A DNA stretch of 64,000 nt from Vicugna vicugna. Lineage: Eukaryota. The DNA lies in the NCBI GenBank assembly GCA_013265495.1, contig MU063048.1:4779302-4843301 (forward strand), read 5' to 3'. Both the position numbers and the translations under genes were made by a program. The notes below the pieces were generated by a model. The model was not told where the DNA came from. It was given only the letters and a program-made list of their open reading frames with translations, and did no database searches. Positions 1 to 13,240 of the stretch are shown here, piece by piece; the first letter of the stretch is position 1, and every line of letters starts with the position of its first letter.

Positions 1-189
1 TTGGCTCGTGTGCTGCGTCCTAACGAGCAGTCAGTACAATGAAAGACCATGTTGTGTTTCTCTCTATTGGAAAAACGAAGCGTTGAGTGTGGATGTGAAC
101 ACTGAGAGATTATAACTGATCAGTCTTACCTGTCTGTCCCCCACTGTGCTTCTATAAATGTAGTTTTCTGAGCGTTTGATTGGTTTTAG

Positions 190-306
190 GAGCAGCGACT
201 TTTGATCGTCCTCAGTAACTGCTGTTACCTGGAGCGTCACACCTTCCGAAACATCGCAGAACATTTTGAAAAGCACAACTTCCAGGGAATAGAAAAAATA
301 ACACAG
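190..306 (+). CDS. EXOC2: EXOC2 (Sec5) internal coding exon, probably human exon 22 equivalent; [39 protein letters not shown]
   Basis: Manual translation matches recalled human EXOC2. Acceptor ttttag|G at 188-189, donor CAG|GTAAGT. 117 nt, phase 0-0. Confidence 0.97.
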
Positions 307-603
307 GTAAGTGATCGAGTTAAACGGACATGTGGCTACGTCCCCGCCTAGCTTCCAGCCACGTTCCCAGCTCCCTCCCTCCACGCCCCCTGCACCCCCT
401 CTCTGAGTCGCTCGCTTCCTCTGGAGCCCCTGTGCTCCCCACCTGAGCTCTTCAGAGCCGAGGAGGCGGGAAGGAGAGAAAGGCAGCAAACCCGCGTATT
501 CAGGAGTCACCTCTGACTCCTTCCAGCCAGGGCAGACCCTTCGCCCGCGGAGCTCCCGCTCCCTCCCTCCCGTCCCGCGGCCCAGCACATGCAGAGGCGC
601 TGG

Positions 604-686
604 GCGCGCGCGCACACACGTACACACGTGTGCGCACACAGTCGTGTGCATGTACACACGTGTGCACACGGATACACGTGCACACA
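604..686. repeat. Alternating purine-pyrimidine (GC/CA/TG) tract
   Basis: Unbroken RY alternation at 604-640 (37 bp), 643-670 (28 bp) and 672-686 (15 bp). Confidence 0.9.
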
Positions 687-3600
687 GACTGGCGTCCCGT
701 GCTGCAGGTGTGCTGGGTCTCTCTGAAAGGTGCACAAGGGCTGGACAGAAGCAGGTCCTGTGTAAATCAGTGGAGGAGGGTTTTTTTAGATGTTACACTT
801 TGTTGTTTATATTTTTCAAGTAAGCAGAAAAGAAAAAAAATGAAGTAATCTTGTTATTATTAAAGGTTGGTTGGTTCCTGGGCAAAGGTTTATCAGATTT
901 CTAAGTAAAACTAAGCTAGAACCACTTTTTTAATGTCAGTACAGTTTTCTCAGAGCAAAGAATAAGAAAGATAGTGATCTTGTTAATCTTAGAATCAGAA
1001 AGCACTCTTGATGGATTGCACATGTTTCGTGGTGATGATTCTAGTTCATGAACTAGACTGGGATTTTTTTTTCAAAGACTGAAAATGTCAGAGTGGGTGG
1101 CTGTTTTTTGTTTTCCTGCCTTTTCGTAAAGATTAATCATCCTGATGAGAAATGCTGTGACTTCAGGCTGTAGGGCCAAATGTTGAGTGTATTTCCAGAA
1201 ATTTTTGTGTGAAGAATTGCAAGGTGGTCTCTTGCAGTGAGAAGTTAGTGTTTGTAGAATGTGGGCACTTCGCTTTCATGCAGTAACAATAATGGCACTA
1301 ATCTTTTATCACTTTGGGAGCAGATTAAATGATTAGGAATTGCATATTACATACAACAAGCAGTCAGTTTGGGTTTCTAGGTTTTTACTGAGTTGTAAGT
1401 GGGAGCTCTTCGTGGAATTCAGTTTGCGTCGTGAAGAAGCAGGCTGAAAGTGACGTGGAAGCGGGCTTTGCTGTCCGTTCCAGGCTCCTCCAGGCCGTGT
1501 GAGGTCACTGGGACGGGAGGGGCCGGGGCGGGCTGTTTCCAGGACGTAGAATTTGGAATTGAGTATTTTGAAGTCATCCCGCTGTGTATTAAAGGAATAG
1601 ACAATAAACTAGATTTTGATGACGGTGTTTGTGCTGATACTGTTTTTTATGAGTGAATCCATCAATTTCTTGGTGACAGTCAAGTGAAGTTTATTTCTTG
1701 CATTGAGGTGGAGAGGCTGTCAGCCGCCACTGCTTTTCATAGTTCCTTTTCCAAAGGGCGGATGACATGACACTGGGGGCCGAGGTCCCTTGAGTCTCAG
1801 GGCACGAGGCCCCCGCACGCCGCCTACCCCCGCTCTCGCCGCCCCTGCCCTCGGAGGGGAGGGCTCCCTGAGCTTCTCCGTAGCGTCGTCTGCTGCTCGG
1901 ACCCCGAAGTTCTCTTGGGCCTCCTTCCAGCCGTGGTCGGGGCATTGCCAAGGGCTCTCCAGGCACCGTTCCTTCTGCTTCCTGGTTGGTACTTCTGCCC
2001 AGAGAGACACGGACATGGCAGCCTTGTTTATTCCTTTTAGCTTGTTCTTTGTCTTCAACAGTAGAATTAATTTTAACACAGGAGCAGTACCCAGATACTC
2101 CTGCTTGTTAGGAGCTTATTGAAACTTAATGATCGCTCGTTGTTTAAAGCTAGAATGATTTTATATAGACAGTTTTATTTGCTGCAAATAACTCTGTGAA
2201 GTAATTAAGGAAACTGTTATTAACTCCATTTTTTTTTAAACAGAAATGTACTCAGAGAGGTTGACCTGTAAGTAGCAGGACTCAAAATTAAGTTTTCTTG
2301 CCCTAAATCCAGAACAATTTTTGGCCCAGGACCAGATCTTAAAGAACAAAATTGTTTCTGTGAAAATTTACCGAAGAAAAGGACGTGAGGCTGGTTGATG
2401 AACACGTGTCATGTTGGACTTCTGTGAAACAATGTGAAGTGGTGAACGTGACGTTTACTGGACCAGCTCCCGGGCCTGCTCTGCGGCAGGCCCCCGTGAG
2501 CCCCGACTGGGGCCGCTGGCAGCCCACGTGCCCTGGGGGTCTTCCATGCCGTGGCCGGCTCAAGTCTCAGAAGTGTTTTCTCCAGTCATGCGTTTATTTC
2601 CTAATTATAAAAGTAAGACCCAGTCATTACTTTTAGGAAAAAAAATACTGAAAATTAAAAAAAATCTGAAGTTGTCCTCAGTAGCGAAGACCGCACGGCG
2701 GTCTCACGCCTGTGTGTGTGCCAGCTGGCACTGTGGCTCTGCCGTGTCCCCGTGTCTGCCCGTGCCCCGGAGGAGGTGATGCGTCTCTGAATCCAGCCTG
2801 CAGGGAGCGCTGGTCTGCTGTGAGCACTTTTCCAGGAGTTTTATGGCTTTATAATCTTTGTTAGTGTGGATGCACTTTTTTTTTTCCCACTTTTTTCCTC
2901 CTGGCAGCCCTCAGCTTGCTTTGGTGGTTCTTGGTCGCGTTTCTCGCTTCCTCACGGTGGACTCCAGAGGCGCCTGGCGAGCTCTGTCAGGTCTCCTGTC
3001 GGGAGCTGGTCCCGTCACAGCTGGCCATCGTTGCTGACGAGCAGGTTTAACTCGATGGATGAAAATACTCTTTGATGGTATATTAATTTGCATACCTTTC
3101 CCTGCTGGGCAAGGAAACGCGTTTCCTTCTGTGCACGTCTGTTCTAGAGGAGTTCCTTCTAAAGGTGCTGAGAGGGTTAAGGAAACACAGCGTTCTGCAT
3201 TTTAAGTATGCAAACCAGACTTGCCGCAAGTCATTAGTTCTTTGAGCCCTTTGAGAAGGGAAAACCAGAGCTCTGTGGTTAATAAACTTCAGCTCATAAT
3301 TTTATCCCTGTGAGCTGTCCCTGCATAGTTCCAGGGACTTTTTCTGCATATGCAAAATGCTATTTCAGCCTGTCCCGGTCTTTTAAAAGCAGTTACCTAA
3401 TTTAGGGTTTGGATAATCGAAGATTTTTGACTGACTGAAGCATGTAGTCATTAAACGAACAAGTCTGGCATTAAATTCTTGATTGAGGTTTTGTGTGAAG
3501 CCTCCAGTCTCTTTCAGATATTCCAATGTGGAGGTGGGACAAGGAGTGTTTTTTCAGTCTGTCCAGGGAGGGTCCTTGCAGCGATCGGGTCTGAACAGTC

Positions 3601-3899
3601 TGAGTCGCTCCTGAACTGCAGGTACCAAACTTTGCACGTCCTCTGTTCAGACCGCTGGCGTAGCGTGGGGTCAGCCCCCGCTGTGACTGGCTCAGTGTTG
3701 GCGCACTGCTCCCCTTGAAGGTGAGCTCTTTCCAGGTATTCCCACGTGAAACGCGTTTTCCCTCCGAAGGAGCGGCTCTCGTGCCGCCCCTTCCCTGGGG
3801 TCACCTCTGCGCTTTGCAGTTCCTGAGTCCTGCGCTGTGGATCGTTACCTGTGTTTGAGCTTTAAATGTGGTGTGTGTTTTCCTCTGAACCCCCGTTCT

Positions 3900-4800
3900 C
3901 CTCGGTACTGCTTTTGAGGTTTACCCGTGTTGCTCCGTGCAGGTTATGCCAATTTGTAAAGTGAGTTAGACTGTCCCCTTTCTTCTTATTCTGAAAGAGT
4001 TTGTGTAAGAGTTGGAATTACTTGTTCTTTGGATATTAGAAGAATTCTCTGGTGAAACTTTCTAGGCCTGTATTTTCTTTGTGAGATAATTTTTAATGGC
4101 TGATTCGTTCTCTTTAAAGACTAAAGAACCATTCAGATTTAGTTCTCTCTTAAAAAAAGATTTAGTTTCTTCTTGTTAGATGTCGTCATCCGTATTTTTC
4201 TTGAACTTTGTCACTTTTGCCTAGATTTTCAAATTTATTAGCATAAAATTATTTTATGATAGTTTCATGTTATTTCAATCTCGATGGCATCTGTGGTCAT
4301 GACCGCTTTTAATACTTAGTGTTGCTCAATGTTTTCAGTCTTTTTCTTCGATCAGCCTCGCCGGAATCCTGCCAGGAGCCGCTCTGGCTGCCTTGAGCTC
4401 TGTGCGTCCTTGCCCATCTCCTGATGCAGTGAGTGGGTGCTGAGCGCGATGGTTTGTTCACATGGCTTGTCGATGCCAAGCCTCTCCTTTTTAATATGAA
4501 CATTTAAGGCCCTGAATTTTCCTCTCTGGCTGTGTCCCACGTACTTGCACGTGGTGTTTTAGTTGTTCGAGGCGTACTTTCCAGTTTTAATCGTGTGTTT
4601 TTCCTTGACACACCAGCGTGCAGACGTGTGATTTTAAATTTCCAAATTGAGGGAGCAGTTAGTTTCAATATTAGGAGTTAGTTTTTTCTTTGTTGGAGAT
4701 CTCTAAGCTAAGGATTCTGATGTCAGAGAATATCATGGTTTCATCTCTGTTGAAACTTGCTTTGCAAGTGACATGTGGTGAGTTTTCTGAAATGCTGCTT
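3900..4800 (-). mobile_element. Old L1M ORF2 fragment, antisense
   Basis: ctgaaagagtttgtgtaagagttggaatt...ggtgaaactttctaggcctg resembles the reverse complement of the L1 ORF2 PGPDGFTGEFYQTFKEE region. Confidence 0.8.
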
Positions 4801-6339
4801 TGCATGAAAAGCTTTTGCCTCGATTGTGACCAGGGTCCACGCGCCCCGGGCCAGGCCTGTGCGCCCGCTCTGTCTGCCCGTCTGCTCCGTCTGTCCGCCT
4901 GCCCGTCTGCGTGCTTTTCTGGCTGTCACGGGGAGGCGATCACAGGCCTCCCTTGGCCGCGTCTCGGGTGCTTTCTTTGTCTCCAGCCCTGTGGTCCCCG
5001 TGATGTCTCTCCTGGTGGACTTTTTTTTTTGCCTTTTCCCCCGACTGAGAGCTTTACCCGGTCCTGGGAAACTCTCAGCCATCAGCCCTCCCTGTGTGCC
5101 CCTTTCTCTCCTTCAGGAGCCCGTGTTGGGCCTGCGTTAGGCCTTCTGCTCCCCGAGTCTGTTACCTTCTCCTGCCCAGTTCCCGCGGCCGATTCTCTGT
5201 GGTGGCCGGGACTGTCTTCCGCTCCCCTCCCCCTGCTGCATCTGCGGTGTCTGAGCTCGCGGAGACCTGTGTCTGCTGCGTGTTACTGGAGCTGCTCTTC
5301 CCTCCCAGAACCTCCCTGTGATGCTGTTACTAAGTCGGAGAAGGCAGCTACCAAGCTCCGGAGCCGTGTCATTCCAGGCGGCGGGGCGGGGGCGGAGCCC
5401 CCAACTGGGTCTGTGTGGGTGGCAGGTCTAGTGAACAGGGTGGGAGGTTGGGGCTAGGGTCCCACGGACGGGTCCTCATTAGCCCTCCCGGGGCCGACTG
5501 ACAGCACATCCCGCTTCCTGCACAAGGATTCAGGGTTTCTTTCTGTATTTGGTGTCTGTTTTGTCCACATTTGACAAGTGTTGGTTCAGGAGCATAAAGG
5601 ACTGTCAGTTTGCTGTCTGTCCAGCCATCCGTTGTGAGGAATAAAACTCTTTTAGTTCGACTGAACCTGGGAATCCAGGCTCACTTGCACAGGTGTTCTG
5701 ATTATAGTTTGGTGAGTTCATGTCCACAGAGACGGCTCCGTTAAATGTACTCTTTCTGTCATTTTTGAAAAAAATAACGGGGCTTTTTTCTGTTATTTTT
5801 TTCTTTCTCAGAGACTTATTTCTCAAACAGCATTCTTACCAGAAAGTTTTGGAAATAGTAAAGTAGGAAATTTAAATTGGAAACGTTAAAATAAGTCAGA
5901 ATAATGATTTTACTTTTCTTCAACTACTTTGCGTGAGCTGAGACCCCATGTAGAAACCGGGAGGTGGGGCACTCGCCAGCGGGCGTCTTGTTCCAGGACG
6001 TGCGCGCGTGGCCGCCTGCCGTGACGCAGGTGGCAGTGATGTTGGAGCACTTGGCTCGCGCTTTGCCTCCAAGGAGGACATGGTGGTCTCATGAGTGTCC
6101 GTGCGCCTGCCCGGCCCCGGCTGCTCCGGGCCAGGTGCACCGTAGCAGCGGCTTGCTGGTTCTGCCAGCACGTCTGTGTCTGAAGGCACAGTTATTGAAT
6201 TAGCACGTTTTCCCCCACGGTTCACTGGAGACAGGCAGCGGGCACCCCTCTCACCACTGTTCGATTTCTGTCAGCACAGGTTAGTTTTGCCTATTCTTGA
6301 ACTTCAAGGAAAGTGGAACCCAATTTTGTTGCCTTTGTG

Positions 6340-7820
6340 TCTGGCTGCTTTTGCTCTGACCTAATAATTTTTGAGATTCATCCAAATTGTGTGTCTGTCA
6401 GTAACTTACGTCTTTTCTCGCTGAATTCGGGCAGCAGAGTTGGCGGGGTTACCCTTGGCAGTGGGCGTCGGGCTGCTCCCCGTCTTGGTGGTTATGAATG
6501 TGGGTGCAGGGGACGTGGCCACTGCTCTCGGTGGGCTTTGTACTCCTGTGTGTGTTCCTGGGCGCAGGATTGCCGGTCATGGAACAGGTTGACAGAAACC
6601 AAGCCGTTTTCCCAAATGGGCGTCTCATTTAGCGCAGCCAGCAGCGCAGCCGTGTCCTGGCGCCCCACCTGCTCACTGACACACCACGTTCCTTCTTACT
6701 CGAGCCCACCTCATAGCTCTGCTGGCTTCCCCGGATAAACGTGATATTAAGCGTCTTCCTTGCACGTATGGGTGTGCGTTTTCAGGCGCCTCCTCCCCGA
6801 GGCGCCCTTCAGAGTGCGTGCTCGCTGACTGCTGGCTGCTTGCCTTCCTGTTAGTGACGCCGGGAGCCGTGTGGCTGCAGGGACATGGACGCCCCGTTCT
6901 CTCAGTCCGTGGCTCGCTGCTTGCTTCCCAGTGGTGACTCTGGGTAGGAAGTTTAAACTGTGGTGGGATCCGGTTTATCGCCTTTTGTGAATGTTTGGTG
7001 TCCCCAGTGCCCTGCAGAATCTCTGCCTGCCCCAGTGTCCCGGGTCTCCTTCTCCCGGAGGCTCTGTGGCTTGAGCTGCTGTCTTTAGGTTGACGCCTGT
7101 CTCCGTGGCCTCTGACGTGGTGTGAACTACTATGGTTCTGTTATGCTGGGTTTACCGCGTGTGCTGAACAGAAGCTGTCCTCCTCCTCTGGTCCTTCATC
7201 TGGCTGCGCTGCGTGGCCGAGGCCCCTGGTGCAGTCTTGGGAGCAGGCGTCGGGGACCCTTGTCCGGCCCTGGTTTTCCGTCTGCTGAGACAACCCCGCT
7301 TCTTCGCTTGTTCATAGACCCGGTTGGCCAGTAGCTTGCTGGGTCTCTCGTGTCTCGGTTCACAAGGGCTCCTGGTCTGGAATTTGCTCTTCTCACAGTG
7401 TGCTTGCCAGTTTTGACATCGGGGTTTTTCTGGCTTCATTAAACAAAATAGGAAGTGTTCTCAGGCTGTGCTCTGTGAAAAAGCCTGTGTGTGATGTGAT
7501 TTCCTCCGCTGGTGCTCGGTGGGAGGCGCCAGCGAGGCCATCTGGCCCTGGGGTCTCCGGCGTGTGGAGGCGTTTTAAGCGATGGACTCGGGAGTCCCGT
7601 GCACGGAGGGCTGCTTGTCTTTCCAGAAAGCTGATTTTTTAGGAGTTTGTCCGTTTCCTCTGTGTTGTCAGACTTACTGACACAAGCTGTAACGACCCTC
7701 CAGAACCCTGCTTTGGGCGTCGATGACTTTAAAGACGTGCCTGGTTTCTGCCCTTGCCTTCGTTCTCCTTCCACTTTGTCTGAGTTGAGTTTTCTCTTCT
7801 TCTCGCCGGGCGTTAACGCG
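6340..7820 (-). mobile_element. Old L1ME-type fragments (3' end and ORF2), antisense
   Basis: ttttgagattcatccaaattgtg is typical of L1M 3' ends; 7400-7600 is ORF2-like (ggaagtgttc...gaggccatctggccctgg). Confidence 0.65.
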
Positions 7821-8653
7821 AAGCCTCTCTTCTCTGCACCCTCCTCCTCCCCGGCAGGTGCAGGCGTGCGGCGCGGCCGCGCTCTGCGCGCCGCGCCTCC
7901 GGTCAACAGGCTTCCTCACTGGGGACGCCTCTTCTCTTCGAAGAGTCGCTCCTGTGCCCCCGTTCCCAGTCGCTCATCATCTGTCCGGCTTCTGTCTCTA
8001 AACACTCCAGGAGTAGGGTGGAGGGGCCGGGTCCCCGCCCCTGTTCCCTCCTCAGTCTGGGGCTCGCTGGGCTCGGCCAGTGGCGTGGAGTCCTGGGTCT
8101 TGGCCTCTGGGGGACGTTCCTGTCGAGGCGTCAGGTCCCAGCACTGCAGCTGCGAAGCCTGGTGTGGATGGTAAATTATCTCTCTGGTCCAGAAGCTTAA
8201 ATAGTTTCCTCCTTCTCTTTATTGTTTAGAAATTAGGAACCTCGGTGGCCTTTGCCTGGGTGTGTGCGGTCCAGCCCTGCACTCAGAAGGCGCTTTCAGG
8301 CCACAGACTTGAAATCCAGCTATGTTTTCCTCCGGTTCAGTTCCTACCTCGTCTCTAATTGCTTACCTGCCTCCACCTGAACTTTCCTTGCCTTTCCTCT
8401 GGTGTCTTTGCTCCTGGCGCGCTGCTGGCGGACATGCTGCGCTTCCTGCGATGGCCTCCGGGGGCTGTTCCCAGCCCGTGAGACGGCTGTGCTTGACTGG
8501 CTTCTGTTACCGAAAGTGAGATAAAACTCGTGCCTTTGTGTAGGAAAAGTGACAAGTGCTTTTAAAATGTACTGAGGTTTCTACGTAACGTTGTTTTGCT
8601 TCTCCTTCGCCTGCTGGTCGGTGGCTCGTGATTGTTCGTGTTTCTGATTGTAG

Positions 8654-8795
8654 GTCAGCATGGCCTCGCTGAAAGAGTTGGACCAGCGACTCTTTGAGAG
8701 CTACATCGAGCTGAAGGCAGACCCCATCGTCGGCTCCCTGGAGCCAGGCATTTACGCCGGCTACTTCGACTGGAAGGACTGCCTGCCGCCCACAG
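8654..8795 (+). CDS. EXOC2: EXOC2 coding exon (exon 23 equivalent); [47 protein letters not shown](G)
   Basis: Near-identical to recalled EXOC2; the ORF track entry 8660..8899 contains it. Acceptor ttgtag|G, donor CAG|GTATGG. 142 nt, phase 0-1. Confidence 0.98.
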
Positions 8796-11700
8796 GTATG
8801 GCCCGGCGCCGACGCAGCCCGGGTGCCGGCGCGGCTTCGCTTCACCCATCATTCTGGAGGTGCCCCTCCTTTTGCTCCCATTTTTCTCATACTTACTGAG
8901 GGATTAGTTTGATTTTAACTTTTTATCAGCATAAACCCATTTTTTGACAGTTTGGGATTTAGCAGACTTTCGGCTTAAAGATATTCTTCAGTCCCAGAGA
9001 ACAAGCACTTACACCTCACGGCGTTCAACCCTCTCAGTGACTGACCCTTGCTTCTGGGACACTCCTTTCCTGCCCAGAGGGGTAGACTGCGAGTGACAGT
9101 CCCAAAATGCACTTAGGACACAGGTCACGGCCACATGAGACCGACTGCTGATGCTGAGGGGTGAGGGGCTCGAGGAGACGTCCGGGCTGAGGCCGCTGTG
9201 CAGACTCAGCAGAGGGCGGTGGACGAGGAAGGTGACTGCCGCCCCGGGCTTGTCGCTGACGTCAGCAGAAGTCACGCGCACCACTTGACCATTTGCATTT
9301 TAGGGGTAACTGTTGCTTGCTGAGTGCAGTGAGAGTTTTGGTTGATCGAGTAGCTGTTCTGTGTGAAGCAGTGTGGAGTGCACGGAGTCAGGCCGCTGCT
9401 GGTGCTTGTGTGCGGCTGCAGGCTGACGCAGAAACGGCCCTGTCCGCGCGGGGTGTCGGTTCTCTGGGTTTTGTGAGTCTGGGTTCCCGTGAGCTGTCGC
9501 CGGGTTGAGTTAACCTTCACGCTCTTACCTCGTCACCTGCATCACTCACTGTCCGTTTTGTTGTGGGGTGTGTTTAGTAAGTGTGCTCTTCAGACGCCGC
9601 TGGTTTCTATTCCCTGTTCAACGTTGGGGGCAGCAATGCTGTGATGCCCGGGTTTTAAGCTGAAAACCAGAACCATCAACTTGATAATACGCATGTGGCT
9701 GCAGCTGTTTAACTCCTGGGATTGCCGTCCTGGTGGGCATGTGAGGGCGAATGCCCCTGGCCAGAACCGTTACTTGGCACACAGGCTTTCCCGGTTCCAA
9801 ACCAGATTACAGTTCACATCCCAGATGTATTCTTTTACAGTTTAAGTCTGATCCTGTCAGTAACTTGTGGTATCGTCTCGTTAACTTAAACAGAAATCTG
9901 CAAAGCGGCCAGTGTGCCCCTGCGGGCCCCTCACCCCTGCAGCCTCTCCGGCACACGGAGGGGTTTGTGGCCCAGCCTTCCCGCACCCTCCCAGGGGCCC
10001 GTTCCGACCACCTTGCCTTTGCGTAAACAGTAATTCTCCCCGGCCTTGCGAGGCCCACCCCCACACCCTTTTCTCCTCAGGCCTCCACTGAGTGTCAGGA
10101 CGCCAGCCGGGGGGGGGACTTGGCCAGTGGGGAGCAGGCCTGGTGTTCCGGGGCTAACCTGTGAGCCCTTCGCACATTCTCTGTGTGAGACGGTTACTCA
10201 CAAGGAGGGTGCTGTGCGGTGGTTTCGGCACCAGCCGCTACGTTGGTTGAGCTCCTTCAAGCCAAACCCTGACGGCGTGTTTAGTGGCCAGCTTCCAGGG
10301 AGACTGAAGAGACGCCCCCTCTGTGTGAGCAGCAAGTGTGACTCCACATGAACAAACGTGACTTTCAGCCATAAATGACTGTCCTCAAGGTCATCTGCCA
10401 GTGGCCTCTGGGGCTTCTGATCTACAGTCTCTTGAAACGCTTGGGCCCAGAGGCTTGGAGTCTCTGTGTTCGGTGTGTTGCATCCCCAGCAGGGCTTCCT
10501 GCAGAGAGCAGGTGACTGCTCGAGGAGGTTGGGGGTGGCAGTATCCATATCAGTTCAGGTGGGAGATGCCCCCGCAGAAGTTTATCGCAACTTTTCAGAT
10601 TCACAGAGACTCTTGTCTCCTGGACTCTGTGTCTGCATTGTCTGGACTCCTGCGAGGTGCCCGGTGCCTGGTCAGTGGGTGTTTGTTCAGTGGCTGGGAC
10701 CCTGCTGCTCCCATGGGGCTGCTCTGCTCGGGGCCCATCCAGGAGGAGTGCCTTCCCGTGAAGGTCCCACACTGGGAGGGCCGTTTTCAGGTTCTCTGAG
10801 CCCCATCGCACCTTTTCGGCTCCTGTAACTCCCCTGTGTGCGGACGGAAGAGGTCTATTCTTGTATGTGTTTTAGTTCCCTGTTTTGGGAGAACTTTCAA
10901 ACAAAGATGTGAGAAAACTCCTTTCTCATTCCCAGACTTTGGGTCGTTTAAGTTTTTTGTAGAACAGTGACTGAAAGGTTCAGAATTACAAGGCGCAGAT
11001 TGCGGAATTGTTTTTGAGTAAAATCTCCCTATTTTCTGCCTAAGGGAACAAGTCACAAAACTCAGCTGTCGTCTGTGCGGGGCTCCCGGCTCTGCGGACC
11101 CGCCTGGTTTCTGCTTCCCCTTGAGGGGCCCCCTCCTGCCCTGGGGCCGGAGCTGGAGGGGGCAGCCCCAACCCTGTCCCCTCCGGTGAATTACCTCACC
11201 ACACTCTGGTGCAAACGGTTTACCAGTCCTGAACTCGCAAATAAAGGAGCCGTTACACGGCAGGCTCTGCACACACGCGTGCGCGGGCACGTCCTAAGTA
11301 CTAACTCCCTGCAGACGCTTCAGTCACTTGTGTGCCCATCACGTCTGTGTCTGGCATAGAATCAGCACCTCGTGCTTGCTCCCGTCTTCTGAACCCCGCA
11401 TTCTTGAAGGACCCAGTGGTTGGCACCTGTCAGGGGTTGGCGGGGGGGCCCTGGGGCAGCAGCTCTGGTCACTCTGCTGTTGTCGCAGGCCCCGCCCTCT
11501 TCTCTTTGCAGCCCGGCCCCTCAGACGGGCGTCTGGGTTGTTCCCAGGCTTTGTGTGGCCCCCGTCCTCCCTGCCTGCCCTGAGACCCCCAGTGTCCACG
11601 TCCGGCGCCAGTGGGGGCCCGTGGACTGCTCCCTTTCTCGCTCTGTGTCTCGAGCAGCCCGTGGCTGGGCCCTCTGCCTGAGAGGTCTGATCCTCCCGTG

Positions 11701-13225
11701 GCACCTCCGGTCCCAGGCTGGCCGGTGGCCCTCCCGTCCTCTGTGGGTTCGCCCTCCCCGCTGCCCTGTGCTGCTGGCCCCGAGCTGTGTGCCTCAAGGC
11801 CGCTGGTCTTTCTGCCAGTCCTTCCTCAGGTGGAGTGAGTTCTGCACTCAGTGAGCTCCCGGTCTTCCTGCTGCTGCACTCACAGGCTCTCCTCCCTCGT
11901 CCTGTCAGTCACGTCGGCCCTCGTGCTGTGCCTCCAGGGTGAACGCAGGCCCCCTGCTCTGGCCCCGGCCCCAGTCCTTTGGGGACGCCCTGCGTGGCCT
12001 GGCCCCAGCCCCTGCCTGCTGGGAGAGCCCGTCTTCCTGAAGTACGACTTGGACCTGCCGCTCCCCTGCTGAAGCCCCTCCTCCCTCGGGCGGAAGCCTG
12101 CACCTGACAGGGCTGCCCGCGCTGGCCGTGTCCTGTGTGTGTTCCGCGCTGGCGGGGGGCGAGGCCGTTCCGTTTACAGCCTAGTGAACGTGCGGGTCGC
12201 GCCTCAGTTTATCTTCCGAGAGTTCGGCCTGTGGTCTTGTGGTGATTTTTCTCAGTTTCTCTTCGAAGAGGAAAGTCGGTCATACGACGTTCTTGTTCAC
12301 GTTTTAGCAAACAGGACACAGCAGATGCTCGCATTTGTTGAACTGAACTGAAACGAGCGTGGTAGCGCTTGCGTTCTGTGGAAGCTCCGTGCAGCTGCGC
12401 TTGAATTAAAATGGGAGTGGCAGGGACAGCAGACACGTGTGCAGGCCTGCGGCGTCACCGTCCACAGAGTAACGTGCTCTTCAGGGCAGCGCAGGTGAAC
12501 TCTGCTGAACCCCTGTGCGGAGTCCCAGGATGGCAGCGCCGGGTCCTGGGGGCTGGGGTCCCACTGCCCGCGGCCAGGTGCCCGCCTCGAGTGCCCCAGC
12601 GTCCCTCCTCTGCCGTCATGTGGTGAGGGGTACTGGGTGGGGTAGCGGCCACTTGGCAGCTTCTCATTCACAGCAGACTCTGCTGCCATGAGGCCCGTTG
12701 CTTGGGATGAGCCCCTCCTGAGCAGGCGGCACCACGGCCAGCGGTGCGCCTGCTGCTCCTCTGGTCCCACAGCCTCGTGGAGGCTGTCGGGGTCGGTCTC
12801 GCTTCCATCAGCTGCGTTTTGCTCCGTTCTTTGTGTAGTCTGACTGCATGATCCTAACGGAACCTCAGTCTCAAACAGTCATACAGTGATTTTTAGTTTG
12901 CTCAAAGTTGACTGAAGTCGAGACCTTGTGCAAGGTGAACCGTCAAAATAGTTTGACTTTAATCTTCCAGAATAATTTCAATTAACAGCTTAAGTATGAT
13001 CTTTAGAATTTTCATCTCTGAAACTGAATTTTGCAAATCATGTAAGTAACTGATTATTTGCTGCTGTAATTAGCAGTGAATTTAGTTTCTGATACTGTAT
13101 GTAGTCATTTAAAAAACTCCAGTTGATTAATTTCACGATTCAAGAAGAGATATTCGTTGAAGCCATCGCTGGGCTGTGCTTTTCTAACCTGACAGTTGGA
13201 TATTTACACTGTTGTCACCTCTGCA

Positions 13226-13240
13226 TGTGTGTGTGTGTGT
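13226..13240. repeat. (TG)7 microsatellite
   Basis: tgtgtgtgtgtgtgt read directly. Confidence 0.9.

Noticed and set aside
64-735. 223-aa minus-strand ORF at the window start
   Set aside because: It is the antisense shadow of the EXOC2 exon plus the CA/GT tract (VCTRVYMHTTVCAHV); no independent coding evidence.
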